Source: Nitrospirota bacterium
Lineage (GTDB): Bacteria; Nitrospirota; Thermodesulfovibrionia; Thermodesulfovibrionales; UBA9159
Assembly: GCA_963699545.1 (NCBI GenBank)
Contig: CAVOUE010000003.1
Span: 576,001 to 640,000 of the forward strand
DNA length: 64,000 nt
Reading direction: 5' to 3'
The translations under genes were made by a program, and so were the position numbers. Under the pieces are notes generated by a model. That model searched no databases. It was not told where the DNA came from and was given only the letters and a program-made list of their open reading frames with translations. Of this stretch, positions 29,141-38,287 are shown piece by piece (position 1 is the first letter of the stretch; each line of letters begins with the position of its first letter).

Positions 29141-29185
29141 GCACAAAAAAAGGCGAGATATTTACCTCGCCCTTTATGCGTTTTT
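29141..29185. terminator. Bidirectional intrinsic terminator
   Basis: GGCGAG/CTCGCC stem flanked by A and T runs. Confidence 0.6.
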
Positions 29186-29194
29186 TATAATCTC

Positions 29195-29479
29195 TTACAC
29201 CTCACAACTAATAATAGGACCTCCAACGAAATCAATCCTGAAATAAATATTATTTGTATCCGATGTTATGTATCCCGCAACAATATCTTCCCATTCATCC
29301 CCTACTGAAGAATCACCATAAGGGTCTATCACGGAAGGAGACACTCCTGCGGCATCCCAATCAGTAACCAGGCCGTCCAAAGTAATTAGCGGTGGTGGTG
29401 CCCATGCATGTCCAGTTATGCTCAATACAATGCCCAGAACAACTAAGAACCCAATAGCCGCTTTTCTCTTACGAAGCAT
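29195..29479 (-). CDS. Small secreted protein
   Basis: Signal peptide ending AWA; ITLDG..DW...NIYFRIDF. Confidence 0.6.
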   Translation of the reverse strand: MLRKRKAAIGFLVVLGIVLSITGHAWAPPPLITLDGLVTDWDAAGVSPSVIDPYGDSSVGDEWEDIVAGYITSDTNNIYFRIDFVGGPIISCEV

Positions 29480-29484
29480 CCAGA

Positions 29485-29946
29485 TTAATCTTTTCTTCCA
29501 TAATCTGATGCCTCTGTGTTTGATTCTGCAGCCCCCTTCAGGTCCATTAGAAAAGAGGCGGTAAGCTCTTTCAATCTCGATTTCGGAAACAGAAAACGCA
29601 GGGTCTTTAGAGGGATGCCTTTAAAAACCTCCCTGCTGATGACCAGTACACCGTTTTCAACCTCTTCGAAGATGAATTCATGGCGTGCTGAGACGCCGTA
29701 CTTCCCGCTTGACCATATAACTCGCTTGTTGGGGATGACTTCCTCAATTTCAGGCTCGAAGAAAACGGGAAAATGAAATGGATAGATACAGAATTTCACC
29801 TTACCTCCTGCCGCCAGAATCTCTGTTTTATCGGGTGAGACATTTTTGAGTATCCTACTCCAGTCGTTCCAACAGGTGATATTGGTAAAAGTCGCCCAGA
29901 CTCTATCTATGCGCGCATGGATGATTGTGGATTCCTCGATTTCCAT
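29485..29946 (-). CDS. SRPBCC family protein
   Basis: IEESTIIHARIDRVWA...W..W; C-terminal helix LKGAAE. Confidence 0.85.
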   Translation of the reverse strand: MEIEESTIIHARIDRVWATFTNITCWNDWSRILKNVSPDKTEILAAGGKVKFCIYPFHFPVFFEPEIEEVIPNKRVIWSSGKYGVSARHEFIFEEVENGVLVISREVFKGIPLKTLRFLFPKSRLKELTASFLMDLKGAAESNTEASDYGRKD

Positions 29947-30096
29947 CTAATACCCGGTGATCTTCGGTCCACTTTCTTCTTCTGAAAAGGCTATCCTGAC
30001 TGCATCGTTAAAGGTAGTCTTCTCAAGAGGGATGAACGCATCAATGCGATTACCCCTGCAGACCACTTCATTGCTCAATCCCTCAATGAGGGGATG
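29947..30096 (-). pseudogene. C-terminal remnant of a YbjT-like NAD(P)-binding protein
   Basis: HPLIEGLSNEVVCRGNRIDAFIPLEKTTFNDAVRIAF with no Rossmann N-terminus. Confidence 0.55.
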
Positions 30097-30127
30097 GAAA
30101 AGCCAGCAGAGACAAAAAGAAGACATG

Positions 30128-30997
30128 TCAGGAGATGTGGAGCATGGTTGCATGTCTGAGCACTTCGCTTGTCGTGTCCCTGAGGTGCGAAAAGTTCTGT
30201 GCATTCTGAACAGCGATGGACGCATAGAGTGCGAGAGCATCCAGCATCTTGAGGTCATCAATGGTAAAGGGTTTGTCGGAACGGTTACTCATGTTGATCA
30301 CACCGAGATTGTAATTCCTGCACCTGAGCGGAGCACAGAGCATGGAGGTGATGTGGGAGACGCCGGGAATAAAACGTGAGTCAAGGGAGACATCGTTTAC
30401 CAGCTCTGCCGTGCCGGTCCTCAGCACATCACCGGCGATTCCTTTGCCCACAGAGAGGATCACCTTAGGGTCTACCTCCTCGCCAAAGGCTGCCGCAATA
30501 ACAAGGGATTTTTCCCCATCATCAAGCAGCATAAGGGAACCGTTATCAGCAGGGATGATGTTCTTTGCTTCCTTCAATATAAGCATGGCGGTCTCGTCAA
30601 CATCGACACAGAGGCGCGATATCTCTGTGTGCTCCTTTTTGAGCTTCGTAAGCTCCTCATCAAGCCTCCTTATCCTCTGACTCATCGATTCCACCATCTT
30701 GAATACAAGGGTAGGGTCCCTGTTGATGGTTGTGAAGAGCTTGTGCTTGTCCACGCTCAATACCCTCGCATCACCCAATGCAACGGCGGTGGCAGAGCGG
30801 GGCAGACGATCGAAAACTGCCATCTCCCCAAAAATTTCCCCTTCCCCGAGGGTTGCGATGGTCACATCTCCCGATTCAGTTTTCTTTGTGATCTTCACCT
30901 TACCCGACTGAATTACGTACATCACCTCACCTGTGCTGCCCTCATTGAAAATAATCTCACCAGTTGCATACACTCTCCCCAGTTCGCCCTCTTTCAT
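30128..30997 (-). CDS. cNMP-binding plus GAF domain protein
   Basis: IFNEG...GEIFGEMA...RSATA; GAF GKGIAG...SMLCAPL...FTIDDL. Confidence 0.92.
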   Translation of the reverse strand: MKEGELGRVYATGEIIFNEGSTGEVMYVIQSGKVKITKKTESGDVTIATLGEGEIFGEMAVFDRLPRSATAVALGDARVLSVDKHKLFTTINRDPTLVFKMVESMSQRIRRLDEELTKLKKEHTEISRLCVDVDETAMLILKEAKNIIPADNGSLMLLDDGEKSLVIAAAFGEEVDPKVILSVGKGIAGDVLRTGTAELVNDVSLDSRFIPGVSHITSMLCAPLRCRNYNLGVINMSNRSDKPFTIDDLKMLDALALYASIAVQNAQNFSHLRDTTSEVLRHATMLHIS

Positions 30998-32337
30998 GAT
31001 ACCCTCCTCGTGAGAACCTGCGAAAATTCCCTCAAGAGATTCCCGTGCATCCTGATGTCGAGGGCCTTGGGGAATATATTCTTATATCTCTCGTTCCCGG
31101 TAAACATATTCCAGAGGATTGAGCTGAGGATTCTGTGGTCAGCGGGTCCCTTCTGTTCTCTCCTGACGGTCCTGAGCATACCCTCAGTGAGGATCTTGTT
31201 TTTCCGGAATACGTCGGTAACGGTAAAGAGGAACTGACCGTAACGATTGTCAATGATGAGGCTTTGATAGACCGGATAATAATCCTTCTGAAAATGCCTG
31301 GCGCTCACCCCCTGAAACAGCGCGGTTTTTGCAGCAGCCTTTCCCATGAGATATGCGGCCCCGAGCCCGTCCTTGAAGAGCCTTGTGGAGCCTGCATCAC
31401 CGCATGTGACTACCCGGTCGGTGAAGGGTTTCAGGGGTGCCCCTGCATTCATTTTGGGCAAACAGCGGCACTCCACGGTATACGGGATGTCCTCCAACAC
31501 ATTTTTCACCACCGGTTTTTCTAGGAAGTCACTCACGGTGTTTGCATGCATCTCCTTTCCAAGTACGCAGAGGGTGACATAGGCGCCCTTGGGAATCATG
31601 GCAGCAAACTTCATCCCCTTGTCCGGAAGGAGGAAGAGATGAACCGAATTCCCAAAATGCTTTTCCACCTTCTCTTCGCCCAGAAGCAGCTCTGCGATGG
31701 CTGTGGTAACCGTGGGGGGTTCCTTGTATCCAAAGCCGATTTCCTCAAACATTTTTGGAGTGGTGCTGTTTACCCCAAATGCCCCAACCAGCAGGTCAAA
31801 TTGCCCCAGCTCCCAGTCCTTTGAGAAGAGAACAGGCTTCCTGTCCCTGATCTCAATGCGGTCAACCCTTACCGGATTAAGAACAGCCCCCTCCCTGATC
31901 GCGTCCTTGAGCAGAAAATAATCAAAGCTCTCCTTCCCCTTCGGGATCATTCCCTTCGGCCCGCCACCCCGGTACACTGTGGCGATGGTCCTTTCAAGGT
32001 CAGGAGTGGCGAAATACACTTCACCGTGATTTGTGTGGAGATTGTATGAATTAATGCCTTTTCTCACAACGGAGTCAGGAAGATTAATGCCCTCAACCGC
32101 GAGGTTCTGGACAAGGAGTTCCGATATTATCCCCCCGCAGCGGTTGCATCCCCCAGGTCCGTCCTTGGTGAAGTCTTTGGGCTCGAAGATCGTGAGCCGG
32201 ATCTGTTTTCCTATCATCCTCGCCATCTTGAGCGCAAAGATGCTGAAGAAGGATCCTGTAGGGCCGCCCCCTATTACCCCGATATGTGCGCCGTCTTCTA
32301 AGACATACGCATCAAGGTTGTCCGTTGTTTCCTTCAC
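30994..32337 (-). CDS. FAD-dependent oxidoreductase (geranylgeranyl reductase-like)
   Basis: IGGGPTG; CNRCGG; GDAG...DGLG. Confidence 0.85.
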   Translation of the reverse strand: MKETTDNLDAYVLEDGAHIGVIGGGPTGSFFSIFALKMARMIGKQIRLTIFEPKDFTKDGPGGCNRCGGIISELLVQNLAVEGINLPDSVVRKGINSYNLHTNHGEVYFATPDLERTIATVYRGGGPKGMIPKGKESFDYFLLKDAIREGAVLNPVRVDRIEIRDRKPVLFSKDWELGQFDLLVGAFGVNSTTPKMFEEIGFGYKEPPTVTTAIAELLLGEEKVEKHFGNSVHLFLLPDKGMKFAAMIPKGAYVTLCVLGKEMHANTVSDFLEKPVVKNVLEDIPYTVECRCLPKMNAGAPLKPFTDRVVTCGDAGSTRLFKDGLGAAYLMGKAAAKTALFQGVSARHFQKDYYPVYQSLIIDNRYGQFLFTVTDVFRKNKILTEGMLRTVRREQKGPADHRILSSILWNMFTGNERYKNIFPKALDIRMHGNLLREFSQVLTRRVS

Positions 32338-32525
32338 AGGCCCCCTCGTATGAATAATAACCGGATATGCGCACTGCTCTTATTTCCTGGGGCTATTAGA
32401 GGCTCGTTTGTGCGTCAACACAAATCTTATTTTCAGCCTGCGACGCTCAGTCTAGTCATAAGATTCCTCTGCTCTTTGTTGCTGCTCTCGAGCCAGAACC
32501 TCTTTTGCCCATTCCCCCTTAGAAC

Positions 32526-32559
32526 AAAAAAACCGAACTTACCAAAGATTTCTTTCGGC
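32526..32559 (-). terminator. Riboswitch expression-platform terminator
   Basis: Minus strand GCCGAA...TTCGGT followed by T run; shares CCGA with the aptamer 3' strand. Confidence 0.65.
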
Positions 32560-32634
32560 AGCTCGGCCATCTTTTCTCAAAAGATCCGCCGCTTTCTGTC
32601 CCCTCCTCACGAAGGGTTTAGTCTTATCGAGACT
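32551..32634 (-). ncRNA. GEMM-I cyclic dinucleotide riboswitch, A20 (3',3'-cGAMP-type) variant
   Basis: Minus strand CGATAAGACTAAACCCTTC-GTGA-GGAGGGGACAGAAAGCGGCGG-ATCTTTTGAGAAAAGAT-GGCCGAGCTGCCGAA. Confidence 0.88.
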
Positions 32635-32652
32635 TCTTGATTGGATACTTTC

Positions 32653-32681
32653 CTTGTAGCACAGAACATTTTCCATGTCAA
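32653..32681 (-). promoter_or_regulatory. sigma70 promoter upstream of riboswitch
   Basis: TTGACA (32681-32676), 17 bp spacer, TACAAG (32658-32653). Confidence 0.6.
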
Positions 32682-32970
32682 GTTAGTTATAACTTTAGTA
32701 ACTACTTTAGAAATTGAGGCAAGAGGTTATTATCCTGCTGATTTCTGCTTGAAACCTTCAGCGCTGACAAGACGACTGCTGGTGTCAGGTTCAGGAAGGA
32801 AATATCCGTGTATAGTTCGGCCAGAAGTCCGATGCCATGGGTGGTGGCTTTGCTCAAAAGATGAAGTGTCCGAGCTGAGCGGAATATCCGTGAGCGAGAG
32901 TCCGATGGCGAGAGATGCAATCGTATAGGGAATAACAATTGCCCGGTCAAAGAGGGAGAGGTTCACGAGT

Positions 32971-35082
32971 GTGATATTATATACGATGCCTGAATGGATA
33001 ACACAATGGGATACCGCGCTGTTTTATCTCCTCAACCGTGACTGCCAGAACCGGTTGTTTGACCTCCTTATGCCGACTATCACTCACAGGTGGTATCTCA
33101 TCGTCCTGCCGTTCCTGGTTCTTTTTTTTCTGCAGGAGAAGCGGAAGGCCCTTGCAGTCTTTGGTATCGCCTTTTTTTCCTTGCTTCTCGCTGACGGGTT
33201 CAGCAATGTGCTGAAACATGTCGCAGAGAGGACGAGGCCGTGTAACGTCCTTGAGGGCATCAATCTGCTGGTGGGATGCAGCAAGACCTTCTCCATGCCC
33301 TCAAGCCACGCCACCAACGCCTTTGCCTTTGCCACCCCATTTCTCTTCATGACCAGGAACCGTTTGCGCTGTCTCTTTCTCTTCATTGCCGTGCTTGTGT
33401 CCCTTTCACGTGTGTTTGTGGGCGTTCATTATCCCGGAGATGTTATTGGCGGCGCTCTGACGGGTGTTCTCGCTGCCGGAGCCGTTATGTATCTTTATGC
33501 GTGGGCTGAAAAGAGATTCCGGGACAGGCCGTATTCCACGGTCATGTATCTGTTCCTTCTCGGTCTGAGCGTGTTCCGTATGTATTACCTCTCCTTCGGT
33601 CCCCTTGACCTCAGCCCTGATGAAGCACATTACTGGGAATGGTCACGGAGGCTGGATTTAAGCTATTACTCCAAAGGCCCCGCGATCGCCTTCCTTATTG
33701 CCCTTTCGACTTCCCTGTTTGGTGATACGGTGTTTGGGGTGCGTTTCCTTGCTGTTGTCTTTTCCCTTTTCAGCAGCATCATTCTGTACGGGCTCGGCAA
33801 AGAGATGTACAATGAGCGGGTGGGGGCGGGTTCTGCAGTCCTTTTCCAGATCATACCCCTTTTCTCCGCGTTCGGCATCCTCTTGACCATAGACTCTCCT
33901 TTCCTTTTCTTCTGGATTCTCTCCCTGTATCTCTTCTGGAAAGCGGTTAATCCTGATGAGCCAGGCGGAATGCGTGAAGGGTCTCTTAGCGGTTCTTTCC
34001 GCTCAGTGCTCAGCACTCAAACCTCAACGAGGCTTTGTTGGTTTCTTCTCGGCATTTCGGTGGGGCTCGGTCTCCTTACGAAATATACCATGGCCTTTTT
34101 TTACCTCTGTGCGCTCTGTTTTCTCGTCTTTTCAGTTCACCACAGAAAGTTACTCAGGACCGCCGGGCCCTATGGGGCGTCACTCATAAGCTTCATTGTC
34201 TTCAGCCCGGTGGTGCTCTGGAACGCGCAGCATGACTGGGTCACGCTGAGACATACCGCCGGACAGGCCCATGTCGCAGAAGGTCTCCGGCTATCGGTAA
34301 AGAGTTTTATTGAGTTCGCCGGTTCTCAATTGGGTGTTGTTACGCCTGTTCTCCTTGTGCTGATCCTCATTGCGCTCTGGAGGGCCGGGGGCAAAGACCT
34401 CGACACTTCCGGCTCCCACGGGAAATTCCTCTTCTGGTTCTCGGTGCCGGTGATCATCTTTTTCATGGTGAAGAGTATCCAGGGAAAGGTCCAGGCGAAT
34501 TGGGCAATGACGGGGTATATCACGGGGCTTATTGCATTTTCAGAGATCTTCATGAACCATTGGGAGCGCCAGGGGACTTTTCTGAGGAAGATCATCATTG
34601 CAGGCATAACCCTTTCCCTTGGGCTGACCGCTGTCGCCCATTATCCGTCCAAGTTCCATCTTCCCCTTAAACTCGATCCTTCAGCCAGACTGAAGGGTTG
34701 GAAGGATCTAGGGAAAGAGGTGAGCGGTATATATTCCGATATGCGGGAGAGGGGAGAGGTCTTCATTTTTTCCGACAGCTACCAGGTCTCCAGCGAAGTA
34801 GCCTTTTACGCGGAGGGGCATCCGGTCACGTACTGTGTGAATCTTGGAAGGCGAATGAACCAGTACGACCTCTGGCCTGATTTCGGGTATTTTATCCATT
34901 CCAACGGGATTTTTGTTACAATAGGCGATACAGAATTGAACTCCAGGATCAGAGATGCCTTCCGCAGCTACCGGAAGCAGCTTTTAAAGGTGTACGACAA
35001 GGACAGGCTCTTGAGAGAATATTCAATTTTTCTCTGTTATGACTTTCAGGGTATGACGAACGAAACAATAGGAAAATACTGA
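32971..35082 (+). CDS. PAP2 phosphatase fused to ArnT/PMT-type GT-C glycosyltransferase
   Basis: KHVAERTRP, PSSH, SRVFVGVHYPGD; then PDEAHYWEWS...YYSKGP...LLTKY. Confidence 0.9.
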   Translation: MILYTMPEWITQWDTALFYLLNRDCQNRLFDLLMPTITHRWYLIVLPFLVLFFLQEKRKALAVFGIAFFSLLLADGFSNVLKHVAERTRPCNVLEGINLLVGCSKTFSMPSSHATNAFAFATPFLFMTRNRLRCLFLFIAVLVSLSRVFVGVHYPGDVIGGALTGVLAAGAVMYLYAWAEKRFRDRPYSTVMYLFLLGLSVFRMYYLSFGPLDLSPDEAHYWEWSRRLDLSYYSKGPAIAFLIALSTSLFGDTVFGVRFLAVVFSLFSSIILYGLGKEMYNERVGAGSAVLFQIIPLFSAFGILLTIDSPFLFFWILSLYLFWKAVNPDEPGGMREGSLSGSFRSVLSTQTSTRLCWFLLGISVGLGLLTKYTMAFFYLCALCFLVFSVHHRKLLRTAGPYGASLISFIVFSPVVLWNAQHDWVTLRHTAGQAHVAEGLRLSVKSFIEFAGSQLGVVTPVLLVLILIALWRAGGKDLDTSGSHGKFLFWFSVPVIIFFMVKSIQGKVQANWAMTGYITGLIAFSEIFMNHWERQGTFLRKIIIAGITLSLGLTAVAHYPSKFHLPLKLDPSARLKGWKDLGKEVSGIYSDMRERGEVFIFSDSYQVSSEVAFYAEGHPVTYCVNLGRRMNQYDLWPDFGYFIHSNGIFVTIGDTELNSRIRDAFRSYRKQLLKVYDKDRLLREYSIFLCYDFQGMTNETIGKY

Positions 35083-36026
35083 TGACGGTGTCTGTCGTCA
35101 TTCCGCTTTTCAATGAAGAGGATAATGTGGAGGCCCTTCACGAGAGGCTCGGAGGTGTCCTCGGTTCCCTCGGCACAGACTATGAGATCATCTACATTGA
35201 TGACGGGAGCACTGACAGGACCCTCCCCCTCCTTGAGAAGATACAGGGCGGTGACCCCTCTGTGGTTGTCCTCAGCCTCAGAAGGAATTTCGGGCAGACC
35301 GCTGCTTTTGCAGCGGGTTTTGATTTTGCCAGGGGAGATGTGGTCGTCACCATGGACGGGGACCTTCAGAACGACCCCAATGATATCCCCAAACTCCTTG
35401 AACTCATCAAGGACAGTGACCTGGTGAGCGGCTGGAGAAAAAAGAGGAAAGACCCGTTCTTCAGCAGGAGGCTGCCGTCCATGGCCGCGAACTGGCTTAT
35501 CAGTAAGGTGACAGGGGTTAAGCTCCACGACTATGGCTGTTCCCTGAAGGCGTATAGGCGCGATGTCATAAAGAACCTGAAACTGTATGGCGAGATGCAC
35601 CGCTTCATCCCTGCGGTTGCCAGCTGGTACGGGGTGAGGGTCGCAGAGGTCGAAACGGTCCATCATCCGCGGCTCAGGGGAAAGTCGAAATACGGTATTA
35701 CGAGGACCGTCAAGGTGGTTCTCGATCTCATCACCGTCAAGTTTCTCCAGAGCTTTTCGACGAAGCCCCTTCAGTTTTTCGGATCCATCGGCATGGCGTG
35801 CGGTTTTATGGGGTTCCTCGTGCTGTTCTATCTCAGCATTGAGAAACTCATCTTCGGCAACCCCATCGGCGGAAGACCTCTCCTGCTCCTCGGTGCGCTG
35901 CTCATCATAGTCGGCATCCAGTTCATCGGCATGGGGCTGCTCGGCGAGATGATCGTGAGGGTCTATCACGAGACACAGCGTAAACCCATCTATGTGATGA
36001 AGAAGGTCCTTGGCCCGTCCAAATAA
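35082..36026 (+). CDS. GT2 polyprenol-phosphate glycosyltransferase (ArnC-like)
   Basis: DDGSTD; RNFGQ; MDGDLQNDP; two C-terminal TM helices. Confidence 0.92.
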   Translation: MTVSVVIPLFNEEDNVEALHERLGGVLGSLGTDYEIIYIDDGSTDRTLPLLEKIQGGDPSVVVLSLRRNFGQTAAFAAGFDFARGDVVVTMDGDLQNDPNDIPKLLELIKDSDLVSGWRKKRKDPFFSRRLPSMAANWLISKVTGVKLHDYGCSLKAYRRDVIKNLKLYGEMHRFIPAVASWYGVRVAEVETVHHPRLRGKSKYGITRTVKVVLDLITVKFLQSFSTKPLQFFGSIGMACGFMGFLVLFYLSIEKLIFGNPIGGRPLLLLGALLIIVGIQFIGMGLLGEMIVRVYHETQRKPIYVMKKVLGPSK

Positions 36027-36921
36027 GATAATCATTCTTCTCATAAAGATCCTGGTCAGCGGAGGACTTCTGTATGCAGTCATCTCAAAAACAGGCATCG
36101 ACAAGGTGCTCTCTACGCTAAAGGGGATCAACATCTTTTCCTTCGTCCTTGCTGTCCTGATCTATATGTTCACCATCTATATTTCTTCCATCAGATGGCG
36201 TCTCCTTCTCCATGAGAAGTTTGGGATGAAAAGGCTTGTTTCCCTTTATTTCATCGGCTCATTTTTTAATCATCTTCTCCCCGGACTTATCGGGGGCGAT
36301 GCGGTAAAGGCCTACTATCTTTACCGGGACACCGGCCGGGGCTCATCCGCCGTCGCGTCTGTGTTCATGGATCGCTACATAGGATTTACCGCCCTTATGC
36401 TGGTGGGATTAATAGCGTTCCCCTTCGGGTTCGGTTACTTCAGGGGGTCTTACATCGAATGGGTCCTTCCCCTCATTGTTCTCCTCTTCATTACGGCGAG
36501 TTTCTTTGTTTTCGGTTTGAGGATCGGCAGGAGATTTAAGGCACTGTCGGGGTTCTATGACTATTTTGCAGTCTATAAGGGTAAGAAGACGGTGCTGGTG
36601 AGAACGCTTTTGCTCTCGGTAATGATCCAGACGATCATCATATTTGCCGTCTATGTGCTCGGCAGGGGCCTCAGCGTGAACGTACCGCTCCTTCCCCTGT
36701 TCATATTCATACCCGTGATCTGGACCATCGCCACGATCCCCATCTCCATCTCGGGGATAGGGGTGCGGGAGGCCTCTTTTGTGCTGCTTTTCGGCTTTCT
36801 GGGGATAAGCCCGGTTCAGGCGACCGCGGTGTCTTTTGCCTGGTTTCTCTCGGTCGCAACGGGGAGCCTCCCCGGGCTCGTCGAGTACCTGAGATATAAG
36901 AAGGGGACGCCAGGGAAATAG
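36010..36921 (+). CDS. Lysylphosphatidylglycerol synthase TM / flippase-like protein
   Basis: RW; FFNHLLPGLIGGD; DR; PISISGIGVRE. Confidence 0.9.
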   Translation: MARPNKIIILLIKILVSGGLLYAVISKTGIDKVLSTLKGINIFSFVLAVLIYMFTIYISSIRWRLLLHEKFGMKRLVSLYFIGSFFNHLLPGLIGGDAVKAYYLYRDTGRGSSAVASVFMDRYIGFTALMLVGLIAFPFGFGYFRGSYIEWVLPLIVLLFITASFFVFGLRIGRRFKALSGFYDYFAVYKGKKTVLVRTLLLSVMIQTIIIFAVYVLGRGLSVNVPLLPLFIFIPVIWTIATIPISISGIGVREASFVLLFGFLGISPVQATAVSFAWFLSVATGSLPGLVEYLRYKKGTPGK

Positions 36922-37085
36922 TTCTTTCATCATAGGGAGCAGTCTTGTCTTTTCGCATTCCACCATGCTAAATTTCACTTGTGTCAGTGAAATGGCTTCT
37001 CATTTCAGGGAAGAAACCAGCTGCTTAATATAGTTGTTATATCAATCAGTCGGCAATAATCTGGCGAGGTCTGAGAAAAAGTAAT

Positions 37086-38280
37086 ATGCGAAAAGACATA
37101 TTTATCGGGCTGTTGGCCATCCTGGTGATTGGATTAACCGTCCGGATGCGGAAAAACAAAAGCTCCCGCGGCCCCAAAGACCAAGGCACCGCGTGCGGTC
37201 CGCCTTGTTTCGGTCGAGAGAGGAAGTCTGCCCCGCACAGTTACCGTTACCGGCACACTCGCCGCCGATGAAGAGGTGGTCGCCAGTTTCAAGGTGTCCG
37301 GAAGGATCAGCGAAATTGCGGTTGATCTTGGCAGTACAATAAGCAGGAACCAGGTAATTGCGCGGCTCGACCCGACTGATTTTCTGCTCCGGATTGAACA
37401 GGCAGAGGCTGCCCTGCGTCAGACGCGTGCGCGGTTGGGACTTTCTCCTGATGGGTCCGACGACCGTGTAGATCCTGATAAAACAGCACCTGTCAGGGAG
37501 GCCCGGGCAGTCCTGGAGGAGGCCCGCCTGAACCGTGAACGCGCGGAAAAACTGCATGAGAAGAATTATATTTCAAAGATGGACTTTGACTCAGCCGTAT
37601 CACGCCTGCTCGTTGCCGAAAGCCGCTATCAGGCGAGTATTGAGGAGGTCCGCGACCGTCAGGCCCTCCTGGGACAGCGGAAAAGCGAGCTTGCGCTATC
37701 ACGCCAGCAGTTGGCAGATGCCACGCTCTACGCTCCCATGGATGGCGCTGTCAGGGAGCGAAAGACTTCGGTTGGTGAGTTTCTGGCCGCAGGTTCGCCC
37801 GTAGCTGTTATAGTCCGGACTCACCCCCTGCGACTCAAGGTTTCGGTGCCGGAGCGGGATGCCGCAGCCATCCGGGTCGGGCAGGTGACTCGCGTCAGGG
37901 TCGAAGGCGATCCGGCCGAACATACAGGGCGCGTGGTCCGTTTAAGCCCTGTCCTTGAGAAACAGAACCGCACGCTCACTGTTGAAGCCGAGGTGGAGAA
38001 CCGGCAAGGCAGGCTCAGGGCCGGCTCATTCGCAACGGCCGAGATACTTATCGATGCCCAACAGCCGGTTGTTCTGGCTCCTGCCTCGGCGATCGTCACC
38101 TTTGCCGGTATCGAAAAGGTGCTTGCAGAGAAACAGGGCCGCGCAATAGAACGCAGAATCCGTACCGGACGCCGTGCAGGCGACAGGGTGGAAGTCCTTG
38201 AAGGCCTTGCTCCCGGAGATCTGATCGTGGCCGAGCCCGGCAATCTTAGCGGCGGAGAGCCTGTCTCAGTGAAACAATAG
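37086..38280 (+). CDS. RND efflux membrane fusion lipoprotein (frameshift near 37140)
   Basis: Signal peptide, then GC lipobox in next frame; KVSGRI; APMDG; VEVLEGL. Confidence 0.9.
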
Positions 38281-38287
38281 GACCTTT

